Origin: a virus
Lineage: Duplodnaviria > Caudoviricetes
Length of the DNA stretch: 33,120 nucleotides
Direction: 5' to 3' (one strand)
Virus record (IMG/VR): IMGVR_UViG_3300012348_000069
Location: 1 to 33,120 of that record
In this document: piece by piece, positions 1 to 8,111 of the stretch
How the letters are laid out: every line of letters begins with the position of its first letter
Position numbering within the stretch: the stretch's first letter is position 1
Notes under the pieces: model-generated
The model's database searches: none
What the model was told of the DNA's origin: nothing
The model's input: only the letters and a program-made list of their open reading frames with translations
Translations under genes and position numbers: made by a program

Positions 1-55
1 TAAAAAGTGGTGGAAATATAGAAGCTATTGAAAAAAAGTATAAATTAGCCAAAGC
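1..55 (+). repeat. 55-bp exact repeat of 31204..31258 (circularising overlap)
   Basis: Direct comparison; identity ends at base 56. Confidence 0.95.
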
Positions 56-86
56 AGTTAAAGACGAATTACTAAAAGTAAAATAA
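1..86 (+). CDS. 3' end of ERF recombinase gene (allele lacking the cassette array)
   Basis: Encodes KSGGNIEAIEKKYKLAKAVKDELLKVK*, the same C-terminus as 30711..31289; 4 synonymous differences after base 55. Confidence 0.9.
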   Translation, partial: KSGGNIEAIEKKYKLAKAVKDELLKVK

Positions 87-119
87 TTAAAACTGAATAG
101 CTGACAACAGGAAAAAAAG

Positions 120-174
120 GTAGGCAAAGTAAAAAACAAATATTATGAGTGCATTAATTAATGTAAGTTTAAGA
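120..174 (+). repeat. 55-bp exact repeat of 33066..33120 (contig end)
   Basis: gtaggcaaagtaaaaaacaaatattatgagtgcattaattaatgtaagtttaaga present at both positions. Confidence 0.95.
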
Positions 175-438
175 GTAGACAAATTACCAAAAGAAAAATT
201 TGTTGCAGGAAAAGATGGAGCAGTTTATTATAATTTCACTATTGGAATTAATGATGAAGCAAATCAATTCGGACAAAATGTTTCTTTAACAGATTCACAA
301 ACTAAAGAAGAACGTGAAGCTAAAAAAGCTAAAAACTATATCGGTAACGGGTCAGTAGTTTGGACAGATGGAAACATCGTAGCAGTAAAGAAAGAACAAC
401 CTGTGACTGCAGCTGCAGCATCAGATTTACCTTTCTAA
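145..438 (+). CDS. Putative single-stranded DNA-binding protein
   Basis: 97 aa, beta-rich, C-terminal DLPF tail; next to ERF. Confidence 0.7.
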   Translation: MSALINVSLRVDKLPKEKFVAGKDGAVYYNFTIGINDEANQFGQNVSLTDSQTKEEREAKKAKNYIGNGSVVWTDGNIVAVKKEQPVTAAAASDLPF

Positions 439-446
439 AATTAATT

Positions 447-480
447 GGGTGCAGTAAAGGGATATCGCTGCACCCTTTTT
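447..480 (+). terminator. Intrinsic terminator
   Basis: gggtgcag...ctgcaccc stem followed by T tract. Confidence 0.8.
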
Positions 481-492
481 AAATTATAAAAG

Positions 493-1095
493 ATGAAAGT
501 TTGTACAAAATGTAAAGAAGTAAAAGATTTTATTTATTTTCCAAAAGACAAAAAACAATCAAGTGGTTATAGACCTGATTGTAAAGATTGTCAAAAAAAA
601 TATAGAGATTCTGTTAAAGAAAAAAGAATAGAATATGATAGACTTTACTATATAGCAAATAAAGAAATAAAAGATAATTATAAGAAAAAATATTATCAAG
701 AAAATAAAACTAAAATAATTAAAAAAATAACTGAATATCAAGATAAAAAATGCAAGAATGATAGTATTTTTGCTTTTGGTAGAAAAGTTAGAAATATGGT
801 TAGGAGTAGTTTTAATAGAAAACAAAATAGATATAAAAAACCTCAAAGAACAGAATTAATACTTGGTTGTAGTATTGAAGAATTTAAAAACTATATTCAA
901 TCTAAGTTTACAAAAGGTATGACTTTAGATAATCACGGAGAATGGCATCTTGACCATATTATACCAATAGCAAGTGCAAAATCAGAAGAAGAAATATTAA
1001 TACTTAATCACTATACTAACTTTCAACCTTTATGGGCAAAAGATAATTTAAGTAAAAGTAGTAAAGTATTAGAAAAACAATTAACATTAATATGA
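493..1095 (+). CDS. HNH homing endonuclease (copy 1)
   Basis: N-terminal CxxC...CxxC, C-terminal WHLDHIIP...LNHYTNFQPLWAKDN. Confidence 0.85.
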   Translation: MKVCTKCKEVKDFIYFPKDKKQSSGYRPDCKDCQKKYRDSVKEKRIEYDRLYYIANKEIKDNYKKKYYQENKTKIIKKITEYQDKKCKNDSIFAFGRKVRNMVRSSFNRKQNRYKKPQRTELILGCSIEEFKNYIQSKFTKGMTLDNHGEWHLDHIIPIASAKSEEEILILNHYTNFQPLWAKDNLSKSSKVLEKQLTLI

Positions 1096-1946
1096 AGAAA
1101 ATAGATGATGATGCTAAAAGATTATTATTAGAATTTGCAGAAAATGAATGTAAAGTAAATCCATTAGAAGAAGTAGCTTTTCCTGAACCTGTATTATCTT
1201 TAGGAAGTAAACAATATATAAGTAAAGATGGAGTAACAGAAGTACCTATTCCAATAGGAACAAAAGGGAACTTTTCTTTTATACAAGCACCGCCTAAAAG
1301 CAAAAAGACTTTTTTTATGTCTTTATTGAGTGCAATATATTTAAAGAATGGTTATTTAGATACATTTGGTGGTGATATAAAAAGTTTTAGAGATAATAAA
1401 TATTTAATTCATTTTGATACAGAGCAGTCTGTACCACATTCTCAAAGGGTATTTAGAAGACCAATTGATATGACAGGTATAAATGATGAAAGATATTTAA
1501 CATATTCTTTGCGAAGTTTAGACTACAAAGAAAGATTAGAATTAATAGAATACGTATTATATCAAAAGGTTGAAGAAGGACAAGTTGGTCTTGTAATAAT
1601 AGATGGAGTAGCGGACCTTTGTTCAGATGTTAACAATATAGAAGAAAGCAATGCTTTAGTTCAAAAGCTTATGAAGTTTTCAAAAGAATTAAATTGCCAT
1701 ATTATAACTGTTATACACTCAAACTTTGGTTCAGATAAACCTACAGGACATTTAGGAAGCTTTTTAGAAAAGAAAACAGAAACACAAATACAATTAGAAC
1801 TTAACACAGTAAACAAAGACTTAGTAACTGTAAGCTGTAAAAGGAGTCGTAATGCATCGTTTGAAACATTTAGTTTTACTGTTAACAAATTTGGTCTACC
1901 ACAAGTAGAAGGAGCAGTTTACGACCCACTTAAAGGAGTATTTTAA
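1092..1946 (+). CDS. AAA/RecA-fold replicative helicase-like ATPase (AAA_25/RepA type)
   Basis: Walker A APPKSKKT, DTEQ, Walker B VIIDG, GHLGS motif. Confidence 0.8.
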   Translation: MKKIDDDAKRLLLEFAENECKVNPLEEVAFPEPVLSLGSKQYISKDGVTEVPIPIGTKGNFSFIQAPPKSKKTFFMSLLSAIYLKNGYLDTFGGDIKSFRDNKYLIHFDTEQSVPHSQRVFRRPIDMTGINDERYLTYSLRSLDYKERLELIEYVLYQKVEEGQVGLVIIDGVADLCSDVNNIEESNALVQKLMKFSKELNCHIITVIHSNFGSDKPTGHLGSFLEKKTETQIQLELNTVNKDLVTVSCKRSRNASFETFSFTVNKFGLPQVEGAVYDPLKGVF

Positions 1947-1973
1947 ATTGTTAATAACTTTTAATTATATTTG
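1945..1973 (+). promoter_or_regulatory. Bacteroidota sigma-A type promoter
   Basis: TATATTTG (-7 box) at 1966-1973 with upstream TTG. Confidence 0.6.
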
Positions 1974-1977
1974 AAAA

Positions 1978-2277
1978 ATGAGAACAACTATTAAAACACA
2001 AATACAGGAATTAAAATCTTCTGCTTTAAGAACAGGATTGATATTCTGTGACAACAAAGTAATGTTTTCACTTGTTCAGGAAATGCTTATTAAGTTAGAA
2101 CAAATAGAAGATTTATTAGAATTAGAAAACGAAATACATTTTACTGAAATTGCAGAAGCAGTAAAAGAAATATACAATCAAGATACAAACCTTACACATA
2201 TAAATATTAAATTACAAGTTAGACCAATAGAATCAGAGAAGAAAGAAGCTATTATTAATGGTAAATTATATATGTAA
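1978..2277 (+). CDS. Hypothetical protein
   Basis: 99-aa ORF, TAATG-coupled to next gene. Confidence 0.75.
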   Translation: MRTTIKTQIQELKSSALRTGLIFCDNKVMFSLVQEMLIKLEQIEDLLELENEIHFTEIAEAVKEIYNQDTNLTHINIKLQVRPIESEKKEAIINGKLYM

Positions 2278-2489
2278 TGATTACAGGAGTTTTTATTTTT
2301 TTATTATTGCTTTACTTTAGTGTATTAGCAATGCAGCAATTCAATGGTGAATTGATTATAAGTCCTATTATGGGAGTAATGCTTGGTTCTTTATATGATA
2401 GAGAAAGTGATGGAGCTGAAATCTACCATACAGTTCAGGTAGTATTATTATTTGTAGCTTTTACTTTTACTTGGCAAACTTATGAGTAA
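2277..2489 (+). CDS. Small membrane protein
   Basis: Hydrophobic segments; coupled to neighbours. Confidence 0.7.
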   Translation: MITGVFIFLLLLYFSVLAMQQFNGELIISPIMGVMLGSLYDRESDGAEIYHTVQVVLLFVAFTFTWQTYE

Positions 2490-3021
2490 TCAATGGTTAG
2501 CTAAAGTAGCACAGCATCACGATGAATGGGTAAAAGTTATTCATACTTTTGGAGAATATGAAGTAGCTGAAGATTTGGTTCAAGAAACTTATATAGCCTT
2601 GTGGAAGTATGCAGATGCTTCTAAAATATTAGATGTAAATGGTGAAGTAAGAAAAGGTTACGTATATTTCACATTACGTTCTTTATTTTATCAATATTAC
2701 AACAAAAAGAAAAAGGTTAATAAAGTATCTTTTGATGGATGTTGGGAATTATTTGACGATTCTAACATAGAAGAACATAAAGCTTATAATGACATTTGTT
2801 TGCTTATTGATGAAGAAATAAAGAATTGGAGCGACTACGATAGAAAGTTGTTTAAACTATATCGTGATTCAGGAATGTCAATGCGTGATATTGCAAAAGG
2901 AACTACAATCAGCTTAATATCAATATTTCATTCTATAAAGAATTATAAAGAAAAGTTAAGAGAAAAGTTTGAATCTGACTATCAAGAATATATTACTAAC
3001 GATTATAATATGATGTACTAA
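2482..3021 (+). CDS. Phage-encoded ECF/sigma-70-like factor
   Basis: Region 2 AEDLVQETYIALW; region 4 HTH MSMRDIAKGTTISLISIFHSIK. Confidence 0.8.
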   Translation: MSNQWLAKVAQHHDEWVKVIHTFGEYEVAEDLVQETYIALWKYADASKILDVNGEVRKGYVYFTLRSLFYQYYNKKKKVNKVSFDGCWELFDDSNIEEHKAYNDICLLIDEEIKNWSDYDRKLFKLYRDSGMSMRDIAKGTTISLISIFHSIKNYKEKLREKFESDYQEYITNDYNMMY

Positions 3022-3404
3022 TGGCAAAAGGAAGAAAAAAAGCTCAAGGATTAGGAGATACTATTGAGCAAATTACAGAAGCAACAGGACTTAAAAAGGT
3101 TGTAGAAACATTTAGCAAAGTTACGGGTGTAGATTGCAAATGCGAAGAAAGAAAAGCTAAACTTAATAGTTTAATTCCATACAGAAGAAAAGTTAATTGT
3201 TTGACTGAATCAGAATATGAAGCGTTAAAGCCTTTTGTGTCACCAAAAAAAGGAAGTTTAACACCAAATGAACAATGGCAAATACAATCTATTTATTTGA
3301 GAGTTTTTGATGTTAAATTAGACGATAGTAATTGTGCTTCTTGTTGGAGGGATATTATCAACGATTTGCGAAAGGTATTTAACGAATACCAAGTAAATGA
3401 ATAA
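3021..3404 (+). CDS. Conserved phage protein, Cys-rich (putative Zn-binding)
   Basis: GLGDTIEQIT, CKCEERK and CASC motifs. Confidence 0.75.
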   Translation: MAKGRKKAQGLGDTIEQITEATGLKKVVETFSKVTGVDCKCEERKAKLNSLIPYRRKVNCLTESEYEALKPFVSPKKGSLTPNEQWQIQSIYLRVFDVKLDDSNCASCWRDIINDLRKVFNEYQVNE

Positions 3405-3789
3405 TTGGAAAGAAATAGATTTATTTAACTATCTCAAAGAAAATGTTTACTTTGATTTAGTTAAGTCTAAAAATCAGATGTCAAGGTGGGATTGTTATAG
3501 TCCCGCCACAGGACATCGAATAGAGCTAAAATGTAGGACAAGACACTTTGATACACTTCTACTTGAAAAGAAAAAATATATTGCAATGATAGAAGAATGT
3601 GAAAAGCATTTAGATATTCCTATATATATTAATTCAACACCAAAAGGAGTATTCAGCTTCAACCTACATAAGATAGAACCAACATTTGAAACAAACACAA
3701 AGAACCCTGCTACAACACAATTCTACAACACACAACGAATAGAAAAAGAAGTAGCATATTTAGAAATTAACCAAGCACTTAAATTATGA
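3397..3789 (+). CDS. PD-(D/E)XK-like nuclease
   Basis: WDC...IELKCR motif. Confidence 0.6.
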   Translation: MNNWKEIDLFNYLKENVYFDLVKSKNQMSRWDCYSPATGHRIELKCRTRHFDTLLLEKKKYIAMIEECEKHLDIPIYINSTPKGVFSFNLHKIEPTFETNTKNPATTQFYNTQRIEKEVAYLEINQALKL

Positions 3790-3944
3790 GAAAAGCAATA
3801 ATATATTACAATGAACAACCAATACAAATAGTTTATTTTGATAAGTTTGATATAGTTGAAAAGTCTATTGTTCTTTTTAACGGAATAAAAACAATAGCAG
3901 TAGTTCCAAATAATTATTTAATAATATTTTCAGATGAACAATAA
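3786..3944 (+). CDS. Small hypothetical protein (52 aa, not in ORF track)
   Basis: MRKAIIYYNEQP...FSDEQ*; ATGA overlap with upstream gene, fills the gap. Confidence 0.6.
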   Translation: MRKAIIYYNEQPIQIVYFDKFDIVEKSIVLFNGIKTIAVVPNNYLIIFSDEQ

Positions 3945-4290
3945 TCCAATACAATTAGAATATTTAAAGAGTGTATTACTATCACAGCTTCTTTTAGAAT
4001 GTAATGAAAATTTACGCTACACAAAGCAATATAACGGTGCTTTAAAGCATTTACTTAACAAAGTGAATAGTCAGCTCGAAACAACTGTTTTTGATGAATA
4101 TAGAAAGATATATGATGCAGATGCAGAAATGACTACAAACATTCTAAACAGCATTGAAGATATAGTTATAAAATTAACTACTTCAGATTTAGATGAACTT
4201 GTAATGATTAATGCAGTTATTGAAAAGTATAGAGAAAACAAAGAATGGTTTTTAGAATATGGTCAAGCTGAATTTTTAAGAATAGAATAA
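3934..4290 (+). CDS. Hypothetical protein
   Basis: 118-aa ORF in operon. Confidence 0.75.
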   Translation: MNNNPIQLEYLKSVLLSQLLLECNENLRYTKQYNGALKHLLNKVNSQLETTVFDEYRKIYDADAEMTTNILNSIEDIVIKLTTSDLDELVMINAVIEKYRENKEWFLEYGQAEFLRIE

Positions 4291-4354
4291 TGGAATATTT
4301 TTTAGGATGGGTATCGTGTATGATAGTAATTTTTTTTTATAAAGCATTTGATAT

Positions 4355-4609
4355 ATGGCTAAAAAGAAAATAGAAATCTACTCTCCACATTACACACAGG
4401 TAAATGCTATGGTGTATTGTGTTAAAAGAAACGTAGCTTATTCATTAGAAGCAAACACCAACAAAAGATTCTACATAGTTAAATACATTCCAAGTGATTA
4501 TAAAAATGTAATCTATTTGAAAGAGAATAATAAGAAGGTAGAGTTTAGCGAATACGAAGCAACAAAAAAGATTATGGAATTATATATTAACCAAAGTAAA
4601 TTATTATAA
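4355..4609 (+). CDS. Hypothetical protein
   Basis: 84-aa ORF in operon. Confidence 0.7.
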   Translation: MAKKKIEIYSPHYTQVNAMVYCVKRNVAYSLEANTNKRFYIVKYIPSDYKNVIYLKENNKKVEFSEYEATKKIMELYINQSKLL

Positions 4610-4612
4610 GAT

Positions 4613-4834
4613 ATGAAAGTAAAAGATACAATGTCAGAATGGATTGAAACACAAATTAAAGATAGTGTAGTGCAATCAGTAATTAATAAATTTAAACAAC
4701 GTAGTGAAGTAGGAATAAAGAAATACAATACTACATTAGACCGTGAAGATTTAACCGACAAAGAATGGATAAACCACGCACAAGAAGAAGCAATGGATTT
4801 AATTTTGTATTTAGAAAAACTTAAAAGACTATAG
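4613..4834 (+). CDS. Small all-alpha protein, possibly MazG/nucleotide pyrophosphohydrolase-like
   Basis: GIKKYNTTLDR...WINHAQEEAMDLILYLEK (EExxD). Confidence 0.55.
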   Translation: MKVKDTMSEWIETQIKDSVVQSVINKFKQRSEVGIKKYNTTLDREDLTDKEWINHAQEEAMDLILYLEKLKRL

Positions 4835-4836
4835 CT

Positions 4837-4965
4837 ATGAAACAATCACCACTACAAAGAATATTACGTGTAATGAAGTTTAACTATAACAGGGGTTTAA
4901 ATAGCGAAAGAGTTAACGCAGTTTATAGAAAGATTATAAAACTAAAATTAGAGGGTAGCAATTAG
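4837..4965 (+). CDS. Small basic hypothetical protein (42 aa, not in ORF track)
   Basis: MKQSPLQRILRVMKF...EGSN*, ends in the terminator. Confidence 0.5.
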   Translation: MKQSPLQRILRVMKFNYNRGLNSERVNAVYRKIIKLKLEGSN

Positions 4966-4980
4966 CTATCCTTTTTTTTT
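4952..4980 (+). terminator. Intrinsic terminator
   Basis: agggtagc-aatta-gctatcct plus T tract. Confidence 0.8.
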
Positions 4981-5022
4981 GTTAAAATTTAATAATTTAT
5001 TTTTTTATGTAAATAAGTTGTT

Positions 5023-5030
5023 TATATTTG
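5023..5030 (+). promoter_or_regulatory. Bacteroidota -7 promoter box
   Basis: TATATTTG just after a terminator and before an operon. Confidence 0.65.
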
Positions 5031-5053
5031 TATAACATTTAAAACCAAACACT

Positions 5054-5266
5054 ATGACAAAGCAAGAAATCAAAACAGAATTAGAAAATGTAATCTACGT
5101 TTTAGAAACATTAGAAAACGATTACGCAGCACTTAAACTAAAAGCAGTACTATCAGCTTTAGAACAAGATTGGAATGAATCAGCTTATTTTACACAAGAA
5201 ATAGATACCATTCTAAACTATGAAGAAACAATGACTAATCTAAACAACATAACAATATATGAATGA
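5054..5266 (+). CDS. Hypothetical protein
   Basis: 70-aa ORF, A-rich leader. Confidence 0.7.
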   Translation: MTKQEIKTELENVIYVLETLENDYAALKLKAVLSALEQDWNESAYFTQEIDTILNYEETMTNLNNITIYE

Positions 5267-5456
5267 AGATGCAACAATAAAAATATTCAGTAAGATACAA
5301 TCTTTAGAACGTGACTTGCAATGGATATACCACGAATACTTCAACGCACAAATAAATGATGACCAATTTATGGCAATGATAGATTCAACTGAAAGAGATA
5401 TACAAACACACTATTACATTTACGACTTAATTATACAAGATGCAAGAAAAAATTAA
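5259..5456 (+). CDS. Hypothetical protein
   Basis: 65-aa ORF overlapping neighbours. Confidence 0.7.
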   Translation: MNEDATIKIFSKIQSLERDLQWIYHEYFNAQINDDQFMAMIDSTERDIQTHYYIYDLIIQDARKN

Positions 5457-5667
5457 AACACAAACAGCAGTTGAATGGTTGCAAAATCATTTAATAGTTC
5501 ATTTTTCAGAAATTGAACAACAAATTAGGTTTAAAGGTTTATTTGAAAAAGCTAAAGAAAATGAAAAGCAAAAGATTATTAATGCTTATGACTATGGAAG
5601 TATTGATGCTTTAAAAGGTAAATCAATATCAGGTAAACAATTTTATAAAAATAATTTTAAAGAATAA
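5440..5667 (+). CDS. TAVE-family small protein (copy 1)
   Basis: TAVEWL...FEKAKENEKQKIINAY...FYKNNFKE. Confidence 0.8.
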   Translation: MQEKIKTQTAVEWLQNHLIVHFSEIEQQIRFKGLFEKAKENEKQKIINAYDYGSIDALKGKSISGKQFYKNNFKE

Positions 5668-5670
5668 GAT

Positions 5671-6441
5671 ATGGACAAAATTAAAACATTCGATAACAAG
5701 ATTTGGGACAAACAAGAACTATTAGATAATATGTACGATGATGACTTCTATTATGGGTATTTAGGTAAACAAGCATTATCTTCATCAAGTCTAAAGATGG
5801 TGCTTAAATCACCTAAAACATATAAGTACGTTACAAAATACGGACAAGCAGAAACTCAACCATTAAGAGATGGTAAACTATTCCATACACTGATACTTGA
5901 ACCTAATAAGATAGATGACTTTACATTTGTAGATTGCAAAACTAAAGCAGCAAAAGAATACAAACTTGCAGTAGAAGAAAAACAAAACGTTTACACTACA
6001 AACGAATTAAGAGATGCTGAAAGATTAGCAGATGCAATACTAAAAAACAATGAAGCTAAAAGTTATTTTATGGGTGCAGAATTTGAAATACCTGAAGTAG
6101 CTATGATAGATGGAATACCATTTAGAGCCAAAGCAGATATTTTAAGAGGCAATCAAATAATAGACTTAAAAACTACTACAGGATTAAACGAATTTAGATA
6201 TTCAGCAGACAAATATAGTTATGACTTACAAGCTTATATGTACAAAGAAATGTTTGGAGTAGATGAATTCATATTTGTATGTATTGACAAAGGTAGTTTA
6301 GACATTGGAATCTTTGAATGTAGTGATGACTTTTATCAAAAAGGTAAAGACAAACTTGAACAAGGTATTGCAAATTACAAATACTTTTTTCAGAATGAAG
6401 CAGTAGATTTAAACCAATATGTATTAAGAGGAATATTATAA
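5671..6441 (+). CDS. PD-(D/E)XK exonuclease, RecE/exodeoxyribonuclease VIII-like (DUF3799 type)
   Basis: LSSSSLK, GKLFHTLILEP, KAD...IIDLKTT, YDLQAYMY. Confidence 0.85.
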   Translation: MDKIKTFDNKIWDKQELLDNMYDDDFYYGYLGKQALSSSSLKMVLKSPKTYKYVTKYGQAETQPLRDGKLFHTLILEPNKIDDFTFVDCKTKAAKEYKLAVEEKQNVYTTNELRDAERLADAILKNNEAKSYFMGAEFEIPEVAMIDGIPFRAKADILRGNQIIDLKTTTGLNEFRYSADKYSYDLQAYMYKEMFGVDEFIFVCIDKGSLDIGIFECSDDFYQKGKDKLEQGIANYKYFFQNEAVDLNQYVLRGIL

Positions 6442-6445
6442 AACT

Positions 6446-6922
6446 ATGGAAACTAAAATAAAAGAATTAATCTTAAAAGAATTAAGAGTAGATATATCTG
6501 AACAAAGCAGGAAACGAGAAATAATAGAAGCAAGAGCATTATACTTCTATTTAGTAAGAAAGATATACACTAAAAGAAGTTTACAATCAATAGCTGCAGA
6601 CTTTGATATGAATCACGCTACAGTTGTACACGCATTAAAGAACTTTCCTATATATGAAAACTACAATGCAAAGATATTAGATTGCAAGAATTTAATACTA
6701 AAACTATTGGGTGGCGAAGTAGAACAAGAACTATCACAAGAAGATATCTTTAAACAGAAGTTGCACGATTTAGAAAAGCAATTGAATCAACCAAGATACG
6801 AATACAAAATAATTGAAAACCTAAACAACCTATTAGAAGCTACTAAAGGAACTGAACAACACGAATTAATCACTTTACGATTAGAAGCATTCTATACAAT
6901 GAATAAAAATATAAGATTATGA
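6446..6922 (+). CDS. DnaA C-terminal-like HTH DNA-binding protein
   Basis: SRKREIIEAR...SLQSIA...NHATVVHA. Confidence 0.75.
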   Translation: METKIKELILKELRVDISEQSRKREIIEARALYFYLVRKIYTKRSLQSIAADFDMNHATVVHALKNFPIYENYNAKILDCKNLILKLLGGEVEQELSQEDIFKQKLHDLEKQLNQPRYEYKIIENLNNLLEATKGTEQHELITLRLEAFYTMNKNIRL

Positions 6923-7101
6923 CACCGAAAGAAAAAGCAAAAGAGTTAGTAGATAAATATTTTAATCTACCTGTTGAGTTTGACGAGGCTATACAATGTG
7001 CATTAATATCAGTTGATGAGATATTGAATGAATATTGGTCACACGACACAAAAAGACGTGATTGGTGGCTATATGTAAAATTAGAAATAGAAAAGTTATG
7101 A
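6919..7101 (+). CDS. Small hypothetical protein (MTPKEKAKEL type)
   Basis: 60 aa; ATGA overlaps at both ends. Confidence 0.75.
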   Translation: MTPKEKAKELVDKYFNLPVEFDEAIQCALISVDEILNEYWSHDTKRRDWWLYVKLEIEKL

Positions 7102-7466
7102 AGATAACAGAAATAATAGAAATTTTAAGAAACGATAACACATCTTACTTATGGGACTTACCTAAACCTAAATGGGAAGCAATAGACTATTATAATCTAA
7201 ATCAAATTAAACAAGGTAACGATTACAAAAACAAAAAGAAAGTACTTGACTTTGTAGAACTATCTGATAAAAGTTTAAAGATGCAGCAAGAACAATCACA
7301 TAGGATGAAACCTATCAGGAGAAAATCTGATGGTAAAGTATTTAGTGGTATGATTCAACTATGCAGGGAAACAGGAATCAATCGTTCTTCATTATCTTTA
7401 GCTTTGAATAACAGACCTAATGGTTTGCAGAAATACAAAGATGAATATGAATTTATAAATAAATAA
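7098..7466 (+). CDS. Hypothetical protein with C-terminal NUMOD1/HTH-like motif
   Basis: Likely start at ATG 7098 (ATGA overlap); GKVFSGMIQLCRETGINRSSL. Confidence 0.6.
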   Translation: MKITEIIEILRNDNTSYLWDLPKPKWEAIDYYNLNQIKQGNDYKNKKKVLDFVELSDKSLKMQQEQSHRMKPIRRKSDGKVFSGMIQLCRETGINRSSLSLALNNRPNGLQKYKDEYEFINK

Positions 7467-7468
7467 TT

Positions 7469-7564
7469 ATGGAAATAATACTAATTGGAATATCTTTTAA
7501 TATATGTATAGTGATATATTTATTAACGCAAATACTAAAAGAACTTAAAAAAAATAAACTATGA
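7469..7564 (+). CDS. Tiny single-pass membrane peptide (31 aa, not in ORF track)
   Basis: MEIILIGISFNICIVIYLLTQILKELKKNKL*; ATGA overlap with 7561. Confidence 0.45.
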   Translation: MEIILIGISFNICIVIYLLTQILKELKKNKL

Positions 7565-7779
7565 CAGCAGTAGATTTTTTAATGGATAAATTTAAAAATA
7601 GTAACGCAAACTTTATTAATTGGGCTGAAGAATATTTTGAAGAAGCTAAAGAATTAGAAAAGCAACAGATTATTGATGCGAGATTAACTGCTCCATCAGA
7701 ATTAATTACTTATTCTAAAACAACATATCTTGACGAAGCAGAACAATACTACAACGAAACATTTAACAACTATAGATAA
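7561..7779 (+). CDS. TAVE-family small protein (copy 2)
   Basis: TAVDFL...FEEAKELEKQQIIDA...AEQYYNETF. Confidence 0.8.
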   Translation: MTAVDFLMDKFKNSNANFINWAEEYFEEAKELEKQQIIDARLTAPSELITYSKTTYLDEAEQYYNETFNNYR

Positions 7780-7817
7780 TAGTTATTATAGAATTAATAA
7801 TAATAACTTTTTTAAAT

Positions 7818-8111
7818 ATGGAAGATAAAAGAAGAAACAACGGTGGTCATAAAACTGCAGGTAGAAAATCTAAAGTTGAAGAACAAAAGGTAAACAATAT
7901 TTTTATCCAAGCATTAAAGGAATTATACAATAAAGAAACTGAAGACGAAACAAAGATAGCTTTTGTCAAAGGTACTTTAATGGAATCACAACGTGGTCAA
8001 TTATTTATTGCTGAACATATATTTGGCAAACCAAAAGAAATAGTTGAAACTACTCACAATATTAACGACTTCAATATAAAAGATATATTCAAAATTGATA
8101 AGTCTAAATAA
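7818..8111 (+). CDS. terS: Terminase small subunit
   Basis: RRNNGG..AGRK N-terminus, FGKPKE; directly upstream of TerL. Confidence 0.7.
   Translation: MEDKRRNNGGHKTAGRKSKVEEQKVNNIFIQALKELYNKETEDETKIAFVKGTLMESQRGQLFIAEHIFGKPKEIVETTHNINDFNIKDIFKIDKSK

Noticed and set aside
91-115. Hammerhead-ribozyme-like ctgaatag-ctgacaacag-gaaa
   Set aside because: Core deviates from CUGANGA and stems I and III cannot be formed.
1-174. Physical direct terminal repeats
   Set aside because: Two separate overlaps of exactly 55 bp fit assembler k-mer overlaps better, and the PBSX/SPP1-like terminase suggests headful packaging.
7062-7097. Upstream start for the 7062..7466 ORF
   Set aside because: Overlaps the previous gene by 40 nt; ATG 7098 gives the usual ATGA coupling.
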